A stretch of 64,000 bases of DNA from an uncultured virus (IMG/VR IMGVR_UViG_3300005764_000014) (taxonomy: Duplodnaviria; Heunggongvirae; Uroviricota; Caudoviricetes). A model generated the notes under the pieces. The model did not search any database. It was not told where the DNA came from and worked only from the letters and a program-made list of their open reading frames with translations. Position numbers and translations under genes: made by a program. Shown here piece after piece: positions 9,820 through 18,866 of this stretch (position 1 is its first letter; the number at the start of each line of letters is the position of its first letter). The stretch lies in IMG/VR virus record IMGVR_UViG_3300005764_000014; one strand, given 5' to 3'.

Positions 9820-10428
9820 TCACCGGATCACGGCGGGCTCGGCGCTGATGATCCAGGTGGGGTCGTTGCGGGCGCATTCTTCCAGCAGCGCCCGGGTGGT
9901 CTCGTGCACCGTGGTGGTGACCACGCCGCCGCGCCGCTTCTTCACCGTCAGCCGCCTGACCAGCGCGTCGGCGGTGTCGCACTGGTCGATGGTCACCCGC
10001 GGCTTCTCATACCGGATGATCGCGCCGGTCTTCAGCTCCTCGGGGTAGGGCGGCTGGCAGTCCTCGCAGGAGACCAGGTCGCCCAGGCCGAAGGCGGTGA
10101 TGGTACGGCCTTCGGCGTGCTGCCCGGGTGCGGCCTGCACCAGGCTGATCATCTGCTCGCGGGTCATCTGCGCGCCGCGCTGGTCACCAGTCGCGGTCAG
10201 GCAGGTGGTGACCGCCTTGTGGAAGACCATGCTGTAGGCCAGCCGGGCGACCACGTAGCCACCCGATTCCAGCTTCCACACCCGCTGGTGCGACCAGCGC
10301 GGGGACGGCTCCTCGGTGTCCGGGTTGATCCGCCAGGACGTCTGGTCAGCGATCTTCCAGCCGACGATGGTGGTGCCAGGCGACACCCCGTCAGTGATCT
10401 CAGCGGTATCCATCGCGTCCGGGTCCAC
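9820..10428 (-). CDS. Hypothetical protein
   Basis: GGAGG RBS; first gene of the leftward arm. Confidence 0.7.
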   Translation of the reverse strand: MDPDAMDTAEITDGVSPGTTIVGWKIADQTSWRINPDTEEPSPRWSHQRVWKLESGGYVVARLAYSMVFHKAVTTCLTATGDQRGAQMTREQMISLVQAAPGQHAEGRTITAFGLGDLVSCEDCQPPYPEELKTGAIIRYEKPRVTIDQCDTADALVRRLTVKKRRGGVVTTTVHETTRALLEECARNDPTWIISAEPAVIR

Positions 10429-10539
10429 ATCTGCCTCCAGTCAGCATCCTTGCCTGAATGGTAGCGCCCCGGCCGCCGCCATCATTCCTGCTGTCTGAGG
10501 CCCACGGTACGCTGAGCGGGCAGGAACTGGATTCAGGAG

Positions 10540-10758
10540 ATGATCATTTTGGCCGCTGTGCTGCTGGCCGACCCCACGCTGCCGCACCAGATCGTGCTCC
10601 GGTTCACCGGGCAGGCGATCGTCGTGTCGTGCAACTGCCTGCGGGTCCGCCATGACCGGGGCTGGCACTGGCAGCCGCTGGGCTCCAAGACCCGGTGGGA
10701 ACCGGGCGAACCGGCCGCGCTGTGGCGCGAGCACATGGCGGCGGTGCCCGGTGACTGA
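10540..10758 (+). CDS. Hypothetical protein
   Basis: AGGAG RBS; first gene of the rightward arm. Confidence 0.6.
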   Translation: MIILAAVLLADPTLPHQIVLRFTGQAIVVSCNCLRVRHDRGWHWQPLGSKTRWEPGEPAALWREHMAAVPGD

Positions 10759-11716
10759 GCACACCTGCCTGAACTTCGACGGCGACCCGCGGGTAGGAGC
10801 GCTCGGCCTGGGCGCGGCGGCGCTGCGCTACCAGGCGATGGGATATGCGGTGCTCGCGCTCGGGCAGGGCGGCAAGCGGCCCTCCTCGATGTTCGCGCCA
10901 CCACCGGGAGCCGAGCCCGGCTCCGCGGGCGTGCACTGGGCCACCACCGACCCGCGCATGGTCTCCTACGTGTGGGGCCGCGAGCCGCTGTCCGGCGTCG
11001 GCGTGGCCACCGGCAGGGGCAGCAACCTGGTGGTGGTCGACCTCGACGTCAAGCGCGGCGAGGACGGCCCCGGCAATTTTGAACGGTTCCAGATAGAGGC
11101 GTCCGCCGTGGGCGTGCTGGACTGCTATGTACCCGCAAACGTCGTAGTGTCTACGCCATCTGGGGGATACCACATCTGGCTGCGCACCCCGCCGGGGCTC
11201 GCGGTGCCGACCCGCCCTGGCATCCTGCCCGGCGTCGACATCAAGGGTGATGACGGCTACGTCGCCGCGGTGCCATCGAGGGTGTGGGAAGGCGACGTGC
11301 TGCTGCCCTACCGGATGGTGCGCGGCTGCCCGTGCACCGTGCCGGCCGCGCCGCCATGGTTCCTGCGGTGGATCGAGCAGGCGCAGGCCACCGGCACCGA
11401 CCATGGTGAGAACGGCCAGCCGCTGCCCGGCCTGGAGCTGCTCCAGGCCGCCGGTCTGCCGGTAGGGGAGCGGAACGTCACGCTGTACCGCCTCGCGTGC
11501 TCGCTGTACCGGCGCTACGGCACCGGCCCGGTGGGCGTGGCCAGGGCCAGGATCGACCTCGAAACCGTGTGGGCGGCCACTGACAAGCGCGGCTTCACCA
11601 TCGCGGAGAAGGAGCGCACCATCAGCGGTGCGCTGTCGTTCGTGCGACGATCTGAGCGGGAACGGGACGAACGGATGCGGGCCCTGACCACCTGGCCCGC
11701 GTGGAACGGCAGGTGA
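10751..11716 (+). CDS. Bifunctional DNA primase/polymerase (Prim-Pol, AEP family)
   Basis: GKRP, VGVATG, LVVVDLDVK, TPSGGYHIW, GVDIKGDDGYV and C-terminal GERNVTLY (PriCT-like) motifs. Confidence 0.9.
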   Translation: MTEHTCLNFDGDPRVGALGLGAAALRYQAMGYAVLALGQGGKRPSSMFAPPPGAEPGSAGVHWATTDPRMVSYVWGREPLSGVGVATGRGSNLVVVDLDVKRGEDGPGNFERFQIEASAVGVLDCYVPANVVVSTPSGGYHIWLRTPPGLAVPTRPGILPGVDIKGDDGYVAAVPSRVWEGDVLLPYRMVRGCPCTVPAAPPWFLRWIEQAQATGTDHGENGQPLPGLELLQAAGLPVGERNVTLYRLACSLYRRYGTGPVGVARARIDLETVWAATDKRGFTIAEKERTISGALSFVRRSERERDERMRALTTWPAWNGR

Positions 11717-11722
11717 CCACAG

Positions 11723-12061
11723 ATGCTGTATGACCTGGTGCTCGGGCTGATGTTCGCGGTGTGCGTCACCGCGTTCGTGGTGGCCCTCGGCGGGATCTGC
11801 GGGTATGGCATCCACACCGCCCAGGTGGTCGCGGTGATGCTGGAGACCCGCTACGGCTGGCGGGACTCCCGGGCGATCCTGCGCAAGCGGGCCCGGTCCA
11901 AGTACGGGCTGCCGCCCAGCCACCGCAAGCAGCGGGTGTTCGCCCCCGCCTACATGATGCGCAGGGAACTGCCCGCTGGTGATGGCGACACCCTGGTGAT
12001 GATCCCCGACGACCCCACCTGGCGGGTCCGTGCGGAAATCGAGCGGAACCATGAGTGGTGA
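11723..12061 (+). CDS. Hypothetical membrane protein
   Basis: N-terminal hydrophobic helix. Confidence 0.65.
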   Translation: MLYDLVLGLMFAVCVTAFVVALGGICGYGIHTAQVVAVMLETRYGWRDSRAILRKRARSKYGLPPSHRKQRVFAPAYMMRRELPAGDGDTLVMIPDDPTWRVRAEIERNHEW

Positions 12062-12482
12062 CGGCGGCGAGCAGCTTGGGCTGTACGGGCAGGAACTGAC
12101 CGAGGGCCACGCCCTGGCCCGGCAGCAGCTCGCCCGGCACGGCAAGGACCGGTACCCGACGGTGGAGCTGCAGGCGGCCAAGGTGTGCGCCGAAGCCGGC
12201 GAGCTGATGGACGCGGTCTTGCACCACCACTACGCCGCGCACGGTGGCCGGTGCACCAGCCCGTGCCAGCACACCATCGCCGCCTCGATCCGCAAGGAAC
12301 TGGCCGACACCGCGCTGGCGCTGTACACCCTCGCGGGCAAGCTGAACGTCAACCTGATCGAGTGCATGGCCGAGCTGGTCTGGAACGACGAACGGGACTT
12401 CCGGCCACCACAGCGGCTGATCATCAGAACAGGTGAAGGAGATGACCATGGATCTGGACATACTGACCGTCGACCCCGCTGA
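12051..12482 (+). CDS. MazG-like nucleotide pyrophosphohydrolase
   Basis: KVCAEAGELMDAV and IRKELADTALALYTLA, the ExxE/ExxD all-alpha NTP-PPase pattern. Confidence 0.75.
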   Translation: MSGDGGEQLGLYGQELTEGHALARQQLARHGKDRYPTVELQAAKVCAEAGELMDAVLHHHYAAHGGRCTSPCQHTIAASIRKELADTALALYTLAGKLNVNLIECMAELVWNDERDFRPPQRLIIRTGEGDDHGSGHTDRRPR

Positions 12483-13035
12483 GGCCGAGGCCAAGATCGC
12501 GGAGTTCGAGGCGTCCGAGGCACGGATGCGGACCACCGTGGACCGGGCCATCGCCATGGTCTACCGCGCCGTCGCCCGGGGCCTGGGCGTGATCCGGCTG
12601 AGCCGGACGATCGAGGCCGGCGGCTACTTCAGCAACGGGCTGCCCAAGATCGCCGTGGTGCGCGCCGACGCCACCCAGTGCTTCTGCCACTGGGAATGGG
12701 ACAGCGCGCTGATCTTCACCGACGAGGACTGGCGCACCAACCGGGGAGCCATGGTCGGCAAGCACTCCGTGCGGGTCCGCACCACCAGGCCCGACGGGGT
12801 GACCGGACGGCACAACTCGTGGTCCCGCGGCCAGACCATGGTGCCGCTGATCCCGCTGCCCCACCGGCCCCGGCCGCGCCGCCTCGCGGAGATGCACCTG
12901 CTGTGGGAGGTCGAGAAGTGGGAGCCGGTCCCCCCGGTGGACCCGGCGCTGATCAAGCACCTGGGCGGCGACCTGTGGGTGGTGCTGGACGTCTTCAGCC
13001 TCACCGAGCTGGAACGGGCGGTGCTCGGTGGATAG
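12448..13035 (+). CDS. Conserved-looking phage hypothetical protein
   Basis: AAGGAG RBS; C-terminal DPALIKHLGGDLWVVL..LTELERAVL. Confidence 0.75.
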   Translation: MDLDILTVDPAEAEAKIAEFEASEARMRTTVDRAIAMVYRAVARGLGVIRLSRTIEAGGYFSNGLPKIAVVRADATQCFCHWEWDSALIFTDEDWRTNRGAMVGKHSVRVRTTRPDGVTGRHNSWSRGQTMVPLIPLPHRPRPRRLAEMHLLWEVEKWEPVPPVDPALIKHLGGDLWVVLDVFSLTELERAVLGG

Positions 13036-13258
13036 CCAGCGGTCCACCCCGCCCGAGTACGGCAGCCTGACCACGGTGGTCGACGCCGCCGGGCACGGCT
13101 GGTACTACGCCGGCCGCGCCGATGTGTGGGTGCCGATGTGCGAGGACCCGGGCTCGATCGGGCTGCCGGCCGCGATGTCCTGGCAGGCGCTCAACCACTG
13201 CTACGGCCCGGTGCGGCGGCCGGTGGTGAGCCAAAGGCAGATGTATCACCATGGATGA
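13028..13258 (+). CDS. Hypothetical protein
   Basis: Operon packing. Confidence 0.6.
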   Translation: MDSQRSTPPEYGSLTTVVDAAGHGWYYAGRADVWVPMCEDPGSIGLPAAMSWQALNHCYGPVRRPVVSQRQMYHHG

Positions 13259-13718
13259 GGCAACCCGGCAGGCCTACCTGCGGGTGTACGCGCAGGCCAA
13301 GGCTGGCCTGGCCAGCGCCGAGGCGGCACGGGCCCGCGAGGACCCCCTGGCCGAGCCCGCGGAGTGGTCGCGGTCGAGGACCATGGTGCCGGCCGACGCC
13401 CGCGGTGGCCCGGTGCTGGACGTCTGCTCGACCATCAGGGGCGGCGAGCACTGCACCCACCTGGTGAGCGAGATCTGGACCATCGGCTGCCTGGAGAACG
13501 AGCACGCCGGCCCGCTGCCGTTCTGCCCGTGCTGCGGGGACGCGCGGATGCGCGAGCGCACCACCCCGCTGTGCTGTGGCCAGTGCGGTGCGCGGATCAT
13601 GGTCTTCAAGCGGGTGTCGGTGCCCGACGGGCTGGACCTGCCGCTGCCGCCGGGGGAGATCCAGATGCCCGACGAGGCGGCGGCGTTCCTGCGCAGCCTG
13701 GGCTGGAGCACGCCATGA
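13251..13718 (+). CDS. Hypothetical Cys-rich (Zn-binding?) protein
   Basis: CPCC and CGQC motifs. Confidence 0.65.
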   Translation: MDEATRQAYLRVYAQAKAGLASAEAARAREDPLAEPAEWSRSRTMVPADARGGPVLDVCSTIRGGEHCTHLVSEIWTIGCLENEHAGPLPFCPCCGDARMRERTTPLCCGQCGARIMVFKRVSVPDGLDLPLPPGEIQMPDEAAAFLRSLGWSTP

Positions 13719-13939
13719 CGATCGAGGGCCCGCACCCGGGCAAGCGCTGTGACTGGCACTGCGGGCTGGGCACCTGCACCGCCCCGCCGCTGATCCCGCC
13801 ACCATGGTTCGTCGCCCAGTGGAACGAGCGCGGCCTGGCAGGCGCACCCTCCGCCACCGCCCTCGACCCGCTGGTGATGTTCTCCTGGCACCTGGCCGCC
13901 AAGCCGCCGGCCATGCCGCTGATCGTGACGGGGATCTAG
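13715..13939 (+). CDS. Hypothetical protein
   Basis: ATGA overlap. Confidence 0.55.
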   Translation: MTIEGPHPGKRCDWHCGLGTCTAPPLIPPPWFVAQWNERGLAGAPSATALDPLVMFSWHLAAKPPAMPLIVTGI

Positions 13940-13941
13940 CG

Positions 13942-14085
13942 ATGGCTGAGAGGTTCGAGCACCCGCACATCAACTTCGACGGCATCGGGGACAGCGATCC
14001 GTGGGACCTGATCCGGTGGGGCTGGCGGCGCTGCGGCGACGGGGTGTGGCGGCTGCCCGGCGACTGGCCGCCGCTGGTGGCGTGA
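13942..14085 (+). CDS. Small hypothetical protein
   Basis: Operon packing. Confidence 0.5.
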   Translation: MAERFEHPHINFDGIGDSDPWDLIRWGWRRCGDGVWRLPGDWPPLVA

Positions 14086-14375
14086 TGGACAGCGAATGGT
14101 GTGAGATCTGCGCCTACCCGGTGGCGCTGTGCAGCCACCGGCAGATCACCGCGGCCACCTACACCAGGCCGGGCGTGTCAACGGTCACCGTCGACTGGGA
14201 TGGCATCGCCGCGCTGGCCGAGGAGAACATGACCCACGAGTTCGGCCCGGTGATCACCGCGAAGTACGCGGGCAGCTGCTGCCTGTGTGGCATACGCTGG
14301 GAGCCCGGCATGGCGATCGCCAAGTGCGTTGACGAAGATCGCTACGCCTGCGGAGACTGCCAGAGACGGAGATGA
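14085..14375 (+). CDS. Hypothetical Zn-finger-like protein
   Basis: CEIC..C.H, AKYAGSCCLC and CGDC motifs. Confidence 0.65.
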   Translation: MDSEWCEICAYPVALCSHRQITAATYTRPGVSTVTVDWDGIAALAEENMTHEFGPVITAKYAGSCCLCGIRWEPGMAIAKCVDEDRYACGDCQRRR

Positions 14376-14671
14376 TGATCATGAGATACACGAATGACGG
14401 CGCACCACGGTTCACCTGCAACGCCTACGCCGGCGGCTTCCCCGGCTTCGAGCTTGACCAGGTGCCGGATGCGTTCTGGCGCAAGATCGAGGTCACCTTC
14501 GCCAATGGCCGCCTGATGGTCCTGGTCTACGATCACGACCCCGGCGGCGATGAACTGCCCACCCTGATGTGGAAGCTGCAAAGCGCCAACCGCACCAACC
14601 GGAGATCAGTGTTCAGCCGCATCGTGGTGATCACCGCCGATGGCGAACGTACGGAGGCTCCCCTTGTCTGA
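14372..14671 (+). CDS. Hypothetical protein
   Basis: Overlap with the upstream stop. Confidence 0.6.
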   Translation: MMIMRYTNDGAPRFTCNAYAGGFPGFELDQVPDAFWRKIEVTFANGRLMVLVYDHDPGGDELPTLMWKLQSANRTNRRSVFSRIVVITADGERTEAPLV

Positions 14672-14840
14672 GCAGCAGTTCATCCTGAAAGAGACCATCC
14701 CCGGGCTGCCCGGCTCCTGGGTGTGCGCGGGGCACTCGTGCTACGCCGAGATGGTGCAGCGGGAAGACGGCCTGGGAGTGACCATGAAGCACACGGAAAC
14801 CTGCGAGGAGGTAGCGCGGCTGGCCGCGGAACGGGCGTAG
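14664..14840 (+). CDS. Small hypothetical protein
   Basis: GGAGG RBS and TTG start. Confidence 0.5.
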   Translation: MSEQQFILKETIPGLPGSWVCAGHSCYAEMVQREDGLGVTMKHTETCEEVARLAAERA

Positions 14841-14966
14841 GTTAGCCACTACGGTCCCCGCAAGGCCCGATGATCTTATGAAGCCGAACCCCCGGTGGCT
14901 GCCGGGGGAAAGGCGGTGACCTGTGTTCTGGAGAACGATGATGATCGTAGCTGATTTTGACCGGCG

Positions 14967-16508
14967 GTGCAGGAGATGACCCCGGCACGGGGCGAGCGCG
15001 CCACCTGGCGGTTCCTCGGCTTCTGGGAGAACGGCGACCTCGACCTGGCCGCCACAAGGGCGAACCTGCCCGCAGACGACCTGCACACCGCCGAGCTGAT
15101 CGCAGGTGAGATCTGGCCGCAGATGCTGTCCTACATCCCCGGCAAGGTGGGCCGGTGGCACATCTGGAACGGGCGGTGCCGCCCCGCCGACGACTGCGGC
15201 GCGATCGACAAGATCATCCACTCCTACGCCCGGTGGGCCGAGGCTCTCTGCGCCGCGGTGCGCCAGCGGGTGACCGCTGAGACCGGCACCGACGACAAGG
15301 CCACCGCTGCGATGCTGAAAGAGACCGGCTGGGAGCCGGTGCTGCGGTATGTGGGCGGGCTGCGGCGGGCCGGCGGGCTGGCCTCGCTGAAGGCGGTGCT
15401 CGGGCAGCAGTGCTCGGTGGCCGAGGCAGACCTGGACGACACCCTGCCCTACCGCGTCAACACCGCTTCGGGCCTGGTCAGCCTGCTGCCCGTGAGCAGG
15501 AGGGAAGACCTCGAAGGGGACGCGCGGGAGATCATCCCGCACGCGCCAGGGCAGATGATCACCTACTGCCTGGGCCAGGAGTGGGTGCCCGGTGCCGACT
15601 GCCCGCAGTACCGGGCGCTGATCTGGCGGGCGGCGGGGGAAGACCAGCAGGTCTACGAGTACCTGATCAGGGTGCTCGGGTACTCGCTGCTCGGGCACAA
15701 CCCCCGGCAGCTAGTGTTCTTCCTGGCCGGGCCGACGGCGTCGGGGAAGTCCAAGATGCTCGAAGGCGCGGCCAGGGTGCTGGCCGGGCTCGCGCACAAG
15801 GCGCAGACCGCGCTGATCGCGCACCAGCGGTACGGCCGGAACGCCCGCGAGGAGAACTCGATCAGGGGGAAAAGGCTGGTCACCATCGCGGAGACGTCGT
15901 CGCGCATCCACATCGAGGAGGCACAGCTCAAACGGCTGACCGGCGAGGACTGGATCACCGTTGACAGGCACTACGCCGCCGAGCTGGTGCCCACGAGGGT
16001 GTCCTGGCTGATCGTGATCGCCACCAACCAGATGCCCACGGTGCTCGCGTTCGACACCGCGCTGCGCCGGCGGATCGTGGTCATCCCGATGGGCCCGACC
16101 ATCCCCGAGCAGCTCCGCGACGACGCCCTGCTGGAACGGATCATGGAGACCGAGGCGGCAGGGATACTGAACCTGCTGGTCCAGGGGTGCCGCCTCGCCA
16201 TGGAAGACGGCGGCCTGCAGCCGCCGCAGGTGGTGGCGGACAAGACCGCCGAGTACGCCGCCGAGCAGCGCAGCGAGACCAACTGGCTGGCCGAGCGGGC
16301 GGTGTACCAGCCGGTGGCATCGCAGAACGGCCACCCGGGCAAGGTGGGCGGCGTGCCGATGAGCGAGGCGTGGGAGGACTACGAGATCTGGGCGGGGCGG
16401 GCACCGCACCTGGGCCGGAACGAGTTCTACGAGGCCCTCGAAGGAGCCGAGGGCGTGGAGCGGAGAGGGAGGGTCTTCCTCGGTTTCAAGCTGAAGTACG
16501 GAGGCTAA
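14967..16508 (+). CDS. P4/D5-family SF3 replicative helicase
   Basis: D5_N-like WHIWNG and VNTASG; Walker A LAGPTASGKS; LKRLTGED, IATNQMP and ALRRRIVVIP motifs. Confidence 0.9.
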   Translation: MQEMTPARGERATWRFLGFWENGDLDLAATRANLPADDLHTAELIAGEIWPQMLSYIPGKVGRWHIWNGRCRPADDCGAIDKIIHSYARWAEALCAAVRQRVTAETGTDDKATAAMLKETGWEPVLRYVGGLRRAGGLASLKAVLGQQCSVAEADLDDTLPYRVNTASGLVSLLPVSRREDLEGDAREIIPHAPGQMITYCLGQEWVPGADCPQYRALIWRAAGEDQQVYEYLIRVLGYSLLGHNPRQLVFFLAGPTASGKSKMLEGAARVLAGLAHKAQTALIAHQRYGRNAREENSIRGKRLVTIAETSSRIHIEEAQLKRLTGEDWITVDRHYAAELVPTRVSWLIVIATNQMPTVLAFDTALRRRIVVIPMGPTIPEQLRDDALLERIMETEAAGILNLLVQGCRLAMEDGGLQPPQVVADKTAEYAAEQRSETNWLAERAVYQPVASQNGHPGKVGGVPMSEAWEDYEIWAGRAPHLGRNEFYEALEGAEGVERRGRVFLGFKLKYGG

Positions 16509-16690
16509 GTGTCTTGCAAAAACTGTAAGTGTGTGTACGTCACAAACTGTGGAAGTGTGAAGTGAACCAGACATACCTACTCTATTACTACACTTTTTCT
16601 GTTCGTGAAATAGAGTCTCACGTAAGGAGAGAAGAAGTAGCCCCCTAGGGGAAAGTCACATACGCAAACTGACAAAGTGCAGGGGTATCC
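16509..16690. other. AT-rich tract, candidate replication origin
   Basis: Sharp GC drop right after the helicase stop; short repeats AAACTG (x3), AAGTG and GTCACA. Confidence 0.5.
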
Positions 16691-16776
16691 GCTGCGCGGA
16701 GGCAAGGAGATGATGGGGAAGATGATCAGGTCATGGACGGGCGGTTTCCGCCCCCCTGAGAGGCCCGGAGAGCGCC

Positions 16777-17457
16777 ATGGGTAGTCGAGGAACGTACGGA
16801 ATTTGGCTGCGGGAGCAGCACGGGCGGCCTGGCATCCATGGCCACCTGGCGACGATCTGGCGGGACACCGATCCGGACACAAGACCCAAGGTCAGCGGCA
16901 TACAGAGCGTCAATTCGTGGGTGGCCGGGGCCTTCTCCGAAGCCGGTGGCGACCACGACGCCGCGGTGGCGGCGCTGGTCGAGCTGGCCAACGAGTGGCG
17001 CGGCGAGGAGCAGGCGGCCAGGCTCGGCCAGGCCATGCCGCCATCGGAAAGCCTCGCCGTAGCCTCGCTACCTGGGGTGATGGCCGCGCTCGGCCGGATC
17101 GAGCGGGTGCTGGGCGAACTGGTCACCGAGGTCCGCACCGGCCTGCAGCCGCAGATGGCCGGGATGCTGGCCTGGGCGGACGCCCAGGACCAGCGCCTCG
17201 GGCCGCTGATGGGCCTGATCGCGGAGCTGCAGGCCGGTGACGAGGCCGGCGTGCTCGGAGATCCGGCTATAGACGGCTCGCAGGAGCCGCCTGGGACGTT
17301 TCCCGAGGTAGGCGGGGGTGGCGTGCCCGCCTTCTACGGCCAGCCTGTGACCGTGGCCGCTGCCGCCGAGCGGCCAGGCCCGGAACTGTGGGCGGCTGTC
17401 GAGGCCGCCGCGGAGCAGGGTTCCGCAGAACACGGATCTGCAGGGCAAGCTGAATAG
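16777..17457 (+). CDS. Hypothetical protein
   Basis: GGAG RBS, coherent ORF. Confidence 0.65.
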   Translation: MGSRGTYGIWLREQHGRPGIHGHLATIWRDTDPDTRPKVSGIQSVNSWVAGAFSEAGGDHDAAVAALVELANEWRGEEQAARLGQAMPPSESLAVASLPGVMAALGRIERVLGELVTEVRTGLQPQMAGMLAWADAQDQRLGPLMGLIAELQAGDEAGVLGDPAIDGSQEPPGTFPEVGGGGVPAFYGQPVTVAAAAERPGPELWAAVEAAAEQGSAEHGSAGQAE

Positions 17458-17760
17458 CGCGCATATAGCGCGCTGACCTGCGCATATGTGGGCGTCTATA
17501 TACGCGCTGTATAGAGACGCTCACATAGCGCACATACTGCGCAATCTGCGCAGTAACTACGCAGAGTGACATCACGCATAGTCACATACGCAGCGCACAT
17601 GTGCGCTATGCGTACGTGAGAACACACAATGTCACGCTCTGTGTGCACAGAGGGTGACCATTCCGCGGCTGAGCCACCCTCCCCGCGAGGGTGGCCATCC
17701 TTGCAGGTCAGGCGGCCTGGAGGGTGGCTCAGCGCGCTAGGGCGCGCTCAGCTCCGCGGC
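17455..17760. repeat. Non-coding cluster of inverted repeats and alternating purine-pyrimidine DNA
   Basis: 19-bp IR with 2 mismatches (~17485-17527), TACTGCGCA/TGCGCAGTA, GCGCACATGTGCGC, and a 15-bp perfect IR GCTGAGCCACCCTCC (17668/17719). Confidence 0.75.
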
Positions 17761-17812
17761 TGCGCGTTGCTCGTGCGCGCGTGAGAGCGCAATCACCGGC
17801 GAGCTGACCAGC

Positions 17813-18196
17813 GTGGATGCCGGCCGCCAGGACCCGCGGCCGGGTGGGAATGCGGAGGGTAGCGGGCCCGGCTACCACCCACGCCCCGCATTGACGCTGG
17901 CACCCTTTTCCGGCCATCCTGGCCCCGTGGTCTCCGCCGGTCTCCCCGTCCCCCCCGGGCATGCCCCGCTGGGCTTCTGCGCCGTCTGCGCGGGGATCTA
18001 CGCCCACGCCCGCAAGCCCCCCGCCTCCCACTCCGCTCTCCCCGAGCTGCACCTGGCCGTGGCCTGGTCCCTGCTGCCGCAGCTCGGGGCGGCGCTGCCG
18101 GCGTGCTGGCTGCACCTGTCCCCGATCGATGTCCGCGGCTCGGCCATCCTCCCGGCTCCCGCTGACGCGATCCCGCTGCTCGGTGGCCACCCGTGA
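17813..18196 (+). CDS. Hypothetical protein (start uncertain)
   Basis: CAVC...CWLH; GTGA overlap with the next gene. Confidence 0.45.
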   Translation: MDAGRQDPRPGGNAEGSGPGYHPRPALTLAPFSGHPGPVVSAGLPVPPGHAPLGFCAVCAGIYAHARKPPASHSALPELHLAVAWSLLPQLGAALPACWLHLSPIDVRGSAILPAPADAIPLLGGHP

Positions 18197-18507
18197 CCTT
18201 CCGCGAGGCCGTCGAGGCTTACGGAACCGAGACCGCCAAGCTGACGCCGCACATCCTCCTCTGCCCCACGTCCCACGCCCTGGCCACGCTCACCAGCCAC
18301 CTGATCGAGGCGGCCACCGAAGAACTCGAAGCGCTCCGCGCCGAGATCGGCGTCCTGAAGAACCACACCACCTACGCCCCGGACTGCTGCCTCGAATACG
18401 CCGCGTCCCAGTCCGCTGATGCCCCGGTCGGCTCGGTCATCGCCGCCACCGACTCCCCGCGAAAGCTCATCCGCACGTCCGCCGGCTGGGAGAGCCCCCC
18501 GGCGTAG
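18193..18507 (+). CDS. Hypothetical protein
   Basis: Typical codon use. Confidence 0.6.
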   Translation: MTFREAVEAYGTETAKLTPHILLCPTSHALATLTSHLIEAATEELEALRAEIGVLKNHTTYAPDCCLEYAASQSADAPVGSVIAATDSPRKLIRTSAGWESPPA

Positions 18508-18759
18508 TGTGTCAGTACAGCAGGCCGCCACCGGGCCGGGTGCACGCACGGCTGGCCCCTGGGGTGCCCGCCCGGCTGGCGTCCTGTTCCCCCTGATTAT
18601 CCCGCCGCCGGGGCGTTATCCTGGCCTCGCAGGCCTCCGGGGGCCCGCCATTCCCCCCCGGACGGTCCCGCCCCCAGGTGCCGGGGGGCCGCCGTGCCGC
18701 CCCCCCACTCAGGCCGCCGGTCTCCCACCGGCCGGCCCCCTGGCACCCCCCCGCGCCCC

Positions 18760-18776
18760 GCTGACCTGTACTTACA
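18760..18776 (+). promoter_or_regulatory. 17-bp intergenic motif GCTGACCTGTACTTACA (copy 1)
   Basis: Exact reverse-complement copy at 36606-36622. Confidence 0.55.
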
Positions 18777-18866
18777 TCTGCCCGCCCCGCCGCTGCGGTG
18801 TTACCCTCGGGTGGCAGTGCGCGGGTTGTCGAGCCAGCCCGCCGGCCCCCGGGGATGTGTCCTGCC

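Noticed and set aside
17455..17810. tRNA or known ncRNA in the structured island
   Set aside because: No cloverleaf, T-loop (GTTCRA) or recognisable family motif seen.
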